NCBI GenBank assembly: GCA_016219115.1
Contig: JACRCH010000016.1
Location: forward strand, 22,294 to 86,293
Length of the DNA: 64,000 nt
Direction of reading: 5' to 3'
DNA from: Deltaproteobacteria bacterium
Lineage (GTDB): Bacteria; Desulfobacterota; GWC2-55-46
The notes under the pieces are model-generated. The model searched no databases, had not been told where the DNA came from, and was given only the letters and a program-made list of their open reading frames with translations. The translations under genes were made by a program, and so were the position numbers. Below are positions 47,115 through 55,023 of this stretch, piece by piece; the first letter of the stretch is position 1, and every line of letters begins with the position of its first letter.

Positions 47115-48502
47115 CAACCGGCGCATGGACGGAGACATTCATAGACGATAGAAGGATCGGCTCGGCGCTCGAGAAGTCCGCAAAGCCCTCGAAAAAAGCT
47201 GTGACGGAACTCCTCGCCAAAGGGCGCTCCCTTGCCGGGCTTACCCCCGAAGAGGCCGCGGTCCTGTTAAACGCCGAAGGTGAAGAGGCAAGGGCCGCGA
47301 TATTCGAGACCGCGACCCGCATCAAGAACGCCATATACGGCGACAGGCTGGTCTTTTTCGCCCCGCTCTACCTGAGCAACTACTGCGTGAACGACTGCGT
47401 TTACTGCGGGTTTCATTCCAGCAACAAGGCCGTCCGCAAAAAACTGACGATGGACGAGATAAGGGGGCAGGTCCGCCTGCTGATAGAGATGGGCCACAAG
47501 AGGCTGCTGCTTGAGGCCGGCGAGGACCCCGTGCACAACCCCATAGACTATCTCCTCGAAGCCGTAGACACTATCTACTCCGTCAAGACCGACAAGGGCG
47601 AGATAAGACGCCTGAACGTAAACATCGCCGCCACGAGCGTGGAGGACTACAGGCTCCTGAAAGCCAGGGGTATCGGCACATATCAGCTCTTCCAGGAGAC
47701 CTACCACAGGGCCACCTTTGAACGGCTGCACAGGGGGCCAAAGGGCGACTACCGCAGACAGCTCTATGCCATGGACAAGGCCTTCGAGGCCGGTATTGAC
47801 GATGTCGGCCTCGGTGTCCTCTTCGGCCTCCATGACTGGCGGTTCGAGGCGCTCGGGCTCGTCTCGCACGCCGAGTACCTCTCGAAGGCATTCGGAGTGG
47901 GCCCCCATACCATCTCGGTTCCGAGGTTCAGGCCCGCCGCGTCGGTGGAGCTTACGCCCGGATTTCCAGTAAGCGACGAAGACTTCCTGAAGCTCATAGC
48001 GGTCTTGAGGATAGCGGTCCCTTATACGGGGATGATAATAACTACACGGGAGAGGCCTGAGATAAGGGAGGCCGCCTTCAGGATAGGCATAAGCCAGACG
48101 AGCGCCGCGTCTTCTACTACCCCCGGCGGCTTCGGCCAGAAGGGAGAGCAGGGGGTGGAGCAGTTCGCGCTCTCGGACAAAAGGACCCTCGATGAGATAG
48201 CGATAAGCGTCATGAAGCAGGGCTACACCCCGAGCTTCTGCACCGCCTGCTACCGGAAAAAGAGGACAGGCGGTACATTCATGGACCTGGCCAGGCCCGG
48301 CGACATACAAGAGTTCTGCACTCCCAACAGCATCCTGACGCTCTTTGAATATATCGAAGACATCGCCTCTCCGGAGAGCAAGGCCCTCGGCATGGAGATA
48401 ATAAGGAAATCGCTTGAAAGCATCGAAAACCCCACTATAAAAGAAGAGACGGAAAAAAAACTTGAGAGGATCAGGCGGGGCGAAAGGGACCTTTATTTCT
48501 GA
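47111..48502 (+). CDS. HydG-like radical SAM tyrosine lyase (ThiH/HydG family with C-terminal CX2CX22C auxiliary-cluster motif)
   Basis: A radical SAM motif (CVNDCVYCGFHS). The C-terminus has SFCTACYRKKRTGGTFMDLARPGDIQEFC, which is exactly C-x2-C-x22-C as in HydG; this is absent from ThiH. The ATG overlaps the stop of the upstream gene. Confidence 0.75.
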   Translation: MTTGAWTETFIDDRRIGSALEKSAKPSKKAVTELLAKGRSLAGLTPEEAAVLLNAEGEEARAAIFETATRIKNAIYGDRLVFFAPLYLSNYCVNDCVYCGFHSSNKAVRKKLTMDEIRGQVRLLIEMGHKRLLLEAGEDPVHNPIDYLLEAVDTIYSVKTDKGEIRRLNVNIAATSVEDYRLLKARGIGTYQLFQETYHRATFERLHRGPKGDYRRQLYAMDKAFEAGIDDVGLGVLFGLHDWRFEALGLVSHAEYLSKAFGVGPHTISVPRFRPAASVELTPGFPVSDEDFLKLIAVLRIAVPYTGMIITTRERPEIREAAFRIGISQTSAASSTTPGGFGQKGEQGVEQFALSDKRTLDEIAISVMKQGYTPSFCTACYRKKRTGGTFMDLARPGDIQEFCTPNSILTLFEYIEDIASPESKALGMEIIRKSLESIENPTIKEETEKKLERIRRGERDLYF

Positions 48503-48680
48503 CAGACGAAAGACCTCTCCGGCGGACAACGGGTCTTTTTCCGTCCTCCCCTTAAGCGCGGAAAAGCGGTCCCCGGGCACGAAAACCGTCTTCTGTTAAA
48601 GAGGCAACAAAGTAACGGTCGGCACGGTTTTGCGGTTGAGACGGGTTTCCTTGCCGTACAAAGATATACGCAGAGACTGA

Positions 48681-48722
48681 AAAAGCGTTTAGCCTTAGAA
48701 GGCTAAACGCTTTTTCAGTCCC
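48681..48722. terminator. bidirectional rho-independent terminator
   Basis: AAAAAGCGTTTAGCCTT-CTAGAA-GGCTAAACGCTTTTT is a perfect palindrome with flanking A/T runs. Confidence 0.55.
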
Positions 48723-48910
48723 CCGGGGCGCAACATCCGCCGGAGCCTTTCTTGCGCCGTCCGCCAGGACCTTTTTCATCCCTTATTGCTTTAGGCGATG
48801 ACGCTCTCGCCAAAAACCGTTATACGGCGGGTTCCAACGAGCATAGACAGTTGTCAGGTTGACCGTATACCGTCGTTGGAGTATAATCATCTCTGGCCCC
48901 TTGGCGGCTG

Positions 48911-50707
48911 ATGTATCACAGGAAAAGACCGATGTTTCTGCCGACGACAAAAAAGGAGATGGAGGCGCTTGGCTGGGAGGGCCTCGATATAATACTGGTA
49001 ACGGGCGACAGCTATATCGATTCGCCCTTCGTCGGAGTGGCCGTAATAGGCAAGGTCCTCCTTGACTCCGGTTACAGGGTCGGCGTAATAGGGCAGCCGG
49101 AAATAAGTTCCGATGTTGACATCCTGCGCCTCGGCGAGCCGCGTCTGTTCTGGGGCGTTACTGGCGGCTGTATCGACTCCATGGTCGCCAACCGTACGGC
49201 GACAGGCCGCAGACGCAAGAGCGACGACTATACTCCCGGCGCCGTAAACAACCGGCGTCCGGACCGGGCCGTCATCGCCTACGCCAATCTCATCAGAAGA
49301 TATTGTAAAAAAGGGAGCCGCCCTATCGTCCTGGGAGGGATCGAAGCGAGTCTGCGCCGGATAGCCCATTATGATTTCTGGACAGACAGGATAAGAAGGT
49401 CCATCCTCTTTGACGCGAAAGCCGATTACCTTCTTTACGGGATGGCGGAGCGTTCCGTCGTTGAACTGGCCGAACGCTTAAAGGAAGGGAAAGACCCCGG
49501 AAGCGTGCGCGGACTCTGCTATATCTCCAAAGACCTCCCGGATGGCTGTCTGGAGCTTTCCGCGTTCGAGGAGTCTTCAAAAGACAAGGACGCTTTCACG
49601 AGGGTCTTCCAGGCATTCTACGATAACAACGACCCGGCTACGGCCCGCCAGCTGGCCCAAAAGCACGACACCCGTTATCTCATCCAGAACCCCCCGGCGT
49701 TCTATCTCTCACAGAAGGAACTTGACAGGGTATACGGCCTGGGATACGAGCGGGACGCCCACCCCTACCACCTTAAGGACGGCGAGGTAAAGGCCCTTGA
49801 GACGATCCGTTTCTCCATTTCCACGCACCGCGGATGTTACGGTGAATGCGGTTTTTGCGCCATCGCCGTTCACGAAGGCCGCCGCGTGAGGAGCAGGAGC
49901 AAGGAGTCGATCCTTGCCGAGGCCGGGGAGATGACCCGGCACCCCCTGTTTAAGGGAAGGATCCATGACGCGGGCGGACCGTCGGCGAATATGTACGGGT
50001 CCGGCTGCGAGCGGATGGAGAAAAAAGGCTGCTGTCCGAAGAAGAGCTGCATCTCCCCGAAGGTCTGTCCCCTTCTCAAATTAGGCCACGCTGAACTGCT
50101 GTCGCTGCTTAAGGCGCTGCGAGCCGTCAAGGGGGTTAAAAAGGTCGTCGTTGCCTCGGGACTGCGCCACGACCTGGTGCTGGCGGACAAAAAAGACGGA
50201 GAGAGATACCTTAAGGAGTTGGTCCTGCACCATGTCTCCGGACAGATGAAGATAGCCCCCGAGCACTCGGAGGCCAACGTGCTCGAGAAGATGGGCAAAC
50301 CCGGCTGCGACCGGGACGCCCTTATAAAGTTCAAGGAGCTTTTTTACAGGTTTACGCAGGAGGCTGGGCTGAAGCAGTTTTTATCCTACTACCTGATGGC
50401 CGCCCATCCCGGCTGTGACATTAGCGATATGAAAAGGCTCAAGTCGTTTGCCTTGAAAGAGCTCGGCACGCTGCCGGAGCAGGTCCAGGTATTCACGCCC
50501 ACCCCATCGACATATTCCACCCTCATCTACTGGACCGAACACGACCCCAAAACCGGCAAACCCTGTTTTGTGGAAAAGAGCGAGAGAGGCAGGGAAGAAC
50601 AGAAGTCCATACTGGCGGGTCCGAATATCAGGAACGAGAAGAAGCGAGAGCAGGACCCTAAAAGACATGGTCTTAAAAAGACTCACTTCAGGGGGAGGGG
50701 GAGATAA
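48911..50707 (+). CDS. YgiQ family (UPF0313) radical SAM protein
   Basis: The N-terminal domain (LDIILVTGDSYIDSPFVGVAVIGKVL) and the radical SAM cluster motif (HRGCYGECGFCAI) in its characteristic position. The C-terminal domain is Lys/Arg-rich. Confidence 0.8.
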   Translation: MYHRKRPMFLPTTKKEMEALGWEGLDIILVTGDSYIDSPFVGVAVIGKVLLDSGYRVGVIGQPEISSDVDILRLGEPRLFWGVTGGCIDSMVANRTATGRRRKSDDYTPGAVNNRRPDRAVIAYANLIRRYCKKGSRPIVLGGIEASLRRIAHYDFWTDRIRRSILFDAKADYLLYGMAERSVVELAERLKEGKDPGSVRGLCYISKDLPDGCLELSAFEESSKDKDAFTRVFQAFYDNNDPATARQLAQKHDTRYLIQNPPAFYLSQKELDRVYGLGYERDAHPYHLKDGEVKALETIRFSISTHRGCYGECGFCAIAVHEGRRVRSRSKESILAEAGEMTRHPLFKGRIHDAGGPSANMYGSGCERMEKKGCCPKKSCISPKVCPLLKLGHAELLSLLKALRAVKGVKKVVVASGLRHDLVLADKKDGERYLKELVLHHVSGQMKIAPEHSEANVLEKMGKPGCDRDALIKFKELFYRFTQEAGLKQFLSYYLMAAHPGCDISDMKRLKSFALKELGTLPEQVQVFTPTPSTYSTLIYWTEHDPKTGKPCFVEKSERGREEQKSILAGPNIRNEKKREQDPKRHGLKKTHFRGRGR

Positions 50708-51192
50708 AACAAACCGCGTGCAACAGATGCCCCCCGGGCATCTGTGAAGCGATTGCTTCTTTCTGAATAAACACCTCCGAACACCGCAACCGAATGTAAT
50801 GCTTCAAGCGTAATAGATATTTCCCGGAAAGTAACAGTCTATCAAACCGGGTGAAGTCCATCAACACGTCTAATTTCCTCAAAGATATTTTCGTCGGTGG
50901 CGTTGGCGGGTAAAAAATTAAGGTCGATTTTCATAGTTCCATAGGGTAGGCTGAGCCACCATGCCCTGCGCCCTGCCAGCCGTAACCAGCGAAAAAACCA
51001 ATAAAAACGCCCCACCGCGAACGGTGAGGCGTTAACAAGCCCAGACGTGGGTTCGTCTGAGCGTCCAGTCTGGCTCCCCGACTTTCCCATAATACTAACC
51101 GCAATAAGATAGCCGAGCCGGAAGTCTGGTTCCGCATCGTCCATGTAACTCCCGAAGATACCAATGATTTTTCCACTCACCAGGAACAGACC

Positions 51193-51642
51193 GTGGAAAT
51201 AGCCCTCGGCCCGAAGGTGGCGTTCGAAAACGGAAACATCGGGATCGTAAAACGGCGGGTGGCGCTTAACGGAGTGGTTAACGCCCTGCCGCGATCTGTG
51301 GTAAAGCTTAAGCCTCCGAAGACTCCGAGGGTGACGGAACTTCTACGGAAGGCGATGGAGTGGAAGGAACTTCTCGACGCAGGCGAGGTGCCTACCTTGG
51401 TTGAAATAGCTCGCCGAGAAGGCCTATCAAGGGCCAGAATCACTCAGATCATGAGCCTCTTGCGTCTGGCACCGGATATCCGGAACTATATCCTCTCGAT
51501 GCCTCGGGTCACTAAAAGGCCGGTGGTTACAGAGCGCTTGCTGCGCCCTATCGTAAGAGTTGAAAACCTGTTGGTGCAAGCAGAAAGGTTTCAGCAATTG
51601 CTGCGCCATAGAGGCAAGACATCAAACCTTTATCCCATGTGA
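51193..51642 (+). CDS. hypothetical protein with ParB-like HTH; possible mobile-element or partition remnant
   Basis: LVEIARREGLSRARITQIMSLLRLAPDIRNYIL resembles the ParB/Spo0J HTH (LSxxELAxxxGKSRSxVxNxLRLLxLP). There is no ParB nuclease N-terminal domain, the start is GTG, and the surrounding ORFs are fragmented. Confidence 0.3.
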   Translation: MEIALGPKVAFENGNIGIVKRRVALNGVVNALPRSVVKLKPPKTPRVTELLRKAMEWKELLDAGEVPTLVEIARREGLSRARITQIMSLLRLAPDIRNYILSMPRVTKRPVVTERLLRPIVRVENLLVQAERFQQLLRHRGKTSNLYPM

Positions 51643-51657
51643 CAATTCTTTTCTTTT

Positions 51658-52368
51658 TCATGAAACCGTGGATTGTCTAAGTATCTCCTCGACTTCCTCT
51701 GGGGAGAGGCTCAATTTGATTTCCTTGTTGTGCTTGTCGATATGCCCCACCTTTTTTCCGCCGAGCACCACATCCATACGCCATGTGCCGTGCTCGAAGT
51801 CTATATGAGGTTCAACTTCCATCTTCTGGACGATTTTGTTTTTTTCTTCCTCGGTCAGGTCGTAAATAGTGCCTTCTATTGCGGTAGGCACGTCAAGATA
51901 TCCCTTCGGGTCTTTACGGTATGCGTGGGCTTTGCCCTCCTTGCTCAAAATATCCGCTCTGCTCGCCTTCCATGGGCAGTCTATAACTTCAAAATGAAGG
52001 TGGCTTGGGTCCTTACCGGTTTTGCTGTAGGCATACCCGCTATGGCCGACCGTGCCGATAGTCTTTCCTTTTTTGACTATGTCTCCTACCCCCGCGCCTA
52101 TTGTGTTGAGATGCGCATACAGTGTATATATGTGGCGTTCGTTGTCCTTTGCCTTTGGGGCATGGTCAATGATCACGTGGTCCCCATAGCCGGGGACGTT
52201 GGCTTCCGAAGCTATAACGTCACCGCTTTCGCTCGCCTCAACAGGCGTGCCCTTTGGAGCGCCGTAGTCTATACCTTTGTGTTTTCTTCCCCCGGGCCTT
52301 GCCTCGTCGAATACTGAAGTGATATTGAAGCTGCCATGTACAGGCTCTTTAAATGTCAGTTCACCCAT
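51658..52368 (-). CDS. M23 family metallopeptidase (LytM-like) without signal peptide
   Basis: HKGIDYGAPKGTPVEASESGDVI and HSGYAYSKTGKDPSHLHFEV match the M23 HxxxD / HxH active-site motifs. It sits in a low-GC segment. Confidence 0.75.
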   Translation of the reverse strand: MGELTFKEPVHGSFNITSVFDEARPGGRKHKGIDYGAPKGTPVEASESGDVIASEANVPGYGDHVIIDHAPKAKDNERHIYTLYAHLNTIGAGVGDIVKKGKTIGTVGHSGYAYSKTGKDPSHLHFEVIDCPWKASRADILSKEGKAHAYRKDPKGYLDVPTAIEGTIYDLTEEEKNKIVQKMEVEPHIDFEHGTWRMDVVLGGKKVGHIDKHNKEIKLSLSPEEVEEILRQSTVS

Positions 52369-52425
52369 CGTCTTCCCCCTTCAAAAAACAGGAACGTACT
52401 CGGTTTAAATTGGCTTAAGACCTGG

Positions 52426-52959
52426 CTACTTGCAGAGATCAAGCAACCGTTTGGCGCGGACCATATTCCTGCGTAGTGCTTGCTCGCCCTCTTCAGTAAG
52501 CTCCCACGGCCTTGGATTCGAAACCTCGCTTTCGGCTTCTTTCAAGAATTCTTTCAACGCATAAAAAGCCTTCCTTTTTTCACCGCCAAGGAGATAAGCC
52601 CTTCCTAAAGGCAGAAGAACCTCATAACTTGAAACCTCATACCTTGTAACTTTGTATGCTTTTTTATAAAATCCGGCTGCATCAGCAAACCTCTTCTTTT
52701 TTTCTTCTTCAAGCCCTTTCAGCCAAAGTCCATAGAAATCAATATCTCCCTGAGCCCATGGTGCATCTTTATTCCTTCCAACTAACTCCAGGTTTTCTTT
52801 GACAAGTAAGGATTCTTCATAGATGGCCCTGAGAATATCTTGTCCGTCTTCAGGAGGCACATAGGACTTAGCGCATCCCAGAGGTCCAAAAAACAAGAAG
52901 AGTGACCACAAGGATATACAAAGAGAAATTAACGCAGGATTTTTGCACGCCTTATTCAT
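52426..52959 (-). CDS. hypothetical lipoprotein
   Basis: A signal peptide with a lipobox (LFLFFGPLGCAKS). Helical and TPR-like, with no catalytic motifs. It lies immediately downstream of the M23 peptidase gene on the same strand. Confidence 0.4.
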   Translation of the reverse strand: MNKACKNPALISLCISLWSLFLFFGPLGCAKSYVPPEDGQDILRAIYEESLLVKENLELVGRNKDAPWAQGDIDFYGLWLKGLEEEKKKRFADAAGFYKKAYKVTRYEVSSYEVLLPLGRAYLLGGEKRKAFYALKEFLKEAESEVSNPRPWELTEEGEQALRRNMVRAKRLLDLCK

Positions 52960-53066
52960 CTGTTTTACCTTTTCCCGCCGAATACGGAGCTGACATAGCT
53001 GCCTGTCAGCCGTATAAACGTCAACTCTCCCATTTGTCTTCCTCTTTTTGTGCAGTTTGGTATAAA

Positions 53067-53780
53067 TCAGTCTATTACATTTGGCCCACATTTTACCGTG
53101 CCGCTGGAGAGGTCTTCATGAAATTTCCACTCCCCTTTTTCCAACTTCAAGATCACAGGATATGTCATATCGGACGTTTTGGGACAAAGCTTCCTGTCTG
53201 AACGGGTGTACTTGTCAAGCAGTACGGTCTGGCTGTCCTTCCACTCGATAAATCGGTACAATGCGTATTCATTTACTGGAGGGTCAAAGGGCCTGTACGA
53301 GAGCTCCGGCACAATTCCATCGTCCTCAAAACGGTCTACAAAAACCCCGTTTTCGTTATAGCCGGAATCGTTTGCCGAGACTGAGACAAAACGTTTTCTG
53401 TCGGGTGAAAACTCCGGGAAGGCTGGCACCATATACTTCTCTCCGCTTTTATCGGATATCATCGAATACTCAAAACCTTCATAGTAGCCAATGAAAACAA
53501 GATAAAACCCGATATCCTTGTAGTAATCAACGAACTGATACAACGCACATGTTTCCCCTCTTGTGCAATCACTTGAATCAGAAAGGGTAACAAAAGAGCC
53601 GGACTTCAAGCGAAGGCGCAGCACATTGCCGTCTCTTTTGACATATGGCGCAAACTTCTTTAACTGTTCTTGTTCCTTAGCGCTTATGTCCTCGATAAGC
53701 TCTGCTTCTGACGGTAGCGCATGAACAAACGTCAGCAAAAAAAGTATAGTTGCAGAAAATAAAAAAATGCTCTTTTTCAT
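53067..53780 (-). CDS. hypothetical exported protein
   Basis: A signal peptide (MKKSIFLFSATILFLLTFVHALPSEA). 237 aa, low GC. Confidence 0.45.
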   Translation of the reverse strand: MKKSIFLFSATILFLLTFVHALPSEAELIEDISAKEQEQLKKFAPYVKRDGNVLRLRLKSGSFVTLSDSSDCTRGETCALYQFVDYYKDIGFYLVFIGYYEGFEYSMISDKSGEKYMVPAFPEFSPDRKRFVSVSANDSGYNENGVFVDRFEDDGIVPELSYRPFDPPVNEYALYRFIEWKDSQTVLLDKYTRSDRKLCPKTSDMTYPVILKLEKGEWKFHEDLSSGTVKCGPNVID

Positions 53781-54134
53781 TCAAAAGCTCCATTTGGTAT
53801 GATTGCCATGCAACCGCGTAGTCTTGCCTTTACCTCATGAGCCGAAGTTCAGTTCTTGTGCCGCTCCCGATTATAACAAGAGGGGACGTATGTGCAAAGC
53901 GCATATACGATAGTGTATTTTTTCTACCCCTGATTTTGCATCTAGGCTGTTTTAAAGCAAAATAGGGCGGAAATTATTCTACCCCGAAGCCTACTCGGTT
54001 TTAAAGGAGCTTGTACGATTTTACCAGAAATGAGTTTTCGGAGGAACATTGAAGTCAGCGGTTCGTATACCGGGTAATTCATTTTTGCGCGCTAACCAAA
54101 ATTCGACTTTAAGACCTGAATTCACCTTAAAATA

Positions 54135-54166
54135 AAGGGGGTTGCGACACTTACCGCAACCCCCTA
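54135..54166 (-). terminator. rho-independent terminator directly 3' of the tRNA fragment
   Basis: The minus strand reads GGGGGTTGCG-GTAAGTGT-CGCAACCCCC followed by TTTATTTTAAGG. Confidence 0.45.
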
Positions 54167-54178
54167 CAAATCTGGCTC

Positions 54179-54226
54179 CCAGGGAGGGATTCGAACCCCC
54201 GACCCGGTGGTTAACAGTCTGAAACT
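54179..54226 (-). tRNA. tRNA 3'-half fragment (T-arm + acceptor 3' strand + CCA); no 5' half present
   Basis: The minus strand reads ...CACCGGGTCGGGGGTTCGAATCCCTCCCTGGGAGCCA, with a GGTTCGAATCC T-loop and a CCA end. No complementary 5' acceptor strand is found upstream. Confidence 0.4.
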
Positions 54227-55023
54227 TTAAAAATTTGTAACTGAGCCTTCTGCCTGCACTTTTAAGAAAAAAACGAATTTTCAAACATTTGCGCCATTAT
54301 GTCCTTTGCGGCATTTTCCGTCCCTTAAGACCGATTCGGACGCTTTCGGCTACGTTTTGGTTACGTTGACAACTATTCGGAGTTAAGTAAGGGCCGTCCA
54401 TTCCTGCTGCAAAATACGCTGTCTCATCACTTATTGCTCCACTCCCCCCAACTGATATCGACAGAGCGTACTCCTTGCCGTCCATTATGTAACCACTCAC
54501 TTTAATTTATCGACTCGTCAGGGGTGCTGCAAGTCAGGGTTATACATTCTGATGGGTTAGAAATTCATTCGAGAGGGGTCATGGGTTTGCTTTGCCAAAT
54601 GGCAGCGTGACGTCAGTAAGCGTCCCGGTGACCTTTAATGCTCTGAATTTTGGCGGGTACTGGATTGAATACGTTCAAAATGATGAAACCAAAATGGGGA
54701 AGAAAAGTTCGATATATGTTCCTAATTATCGCATGGCACTGCTACGAGGCAACCCCTGGAAAATCAATGGACTCAAACCTGAACCAGCTTCTGCTGGTTC
54801 TTAGTTAATGGGAAACCAATGTTTTCAAGATAACCTGTCCTAAAGTACAGGTTCAAAAAACAGGAGTTTATATTATAAAATGACGATACTACCTCTAATA
54901 AATTTCGAAAAATAGTGTATATTTGCAGTTTGCATGATATGTCTGTTTATAAAGTGATAGAGTTTCTCTTACACAGAAAATTTCACCGGCGACATTGAAA
55001 AATAAACCGTATCTATGGTGTGA

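Noticed and set aside
50842-51180. 112-aa minus-strand ORF with a weak nucleotidyltransferase-like GS...DD pattern
   Set aside because: The motif match is too weak and the ORF lacks a credible start or RBS. It is treated as part of the decayed region rather than as a toxin-antitoxin component.
54170-54260. A full-length tRNA gene
   Set aside because: Only the 3' half folds. No complementary 5' acceptor strand or anticodon stem could be found, so it is reported as a fragment.
54021-54284. 87-aa ORF overlapping the tRNA fragment and terminator
   Set aside because: It runs through an RNA structural element in AT-rich DNA, with no coding signal.
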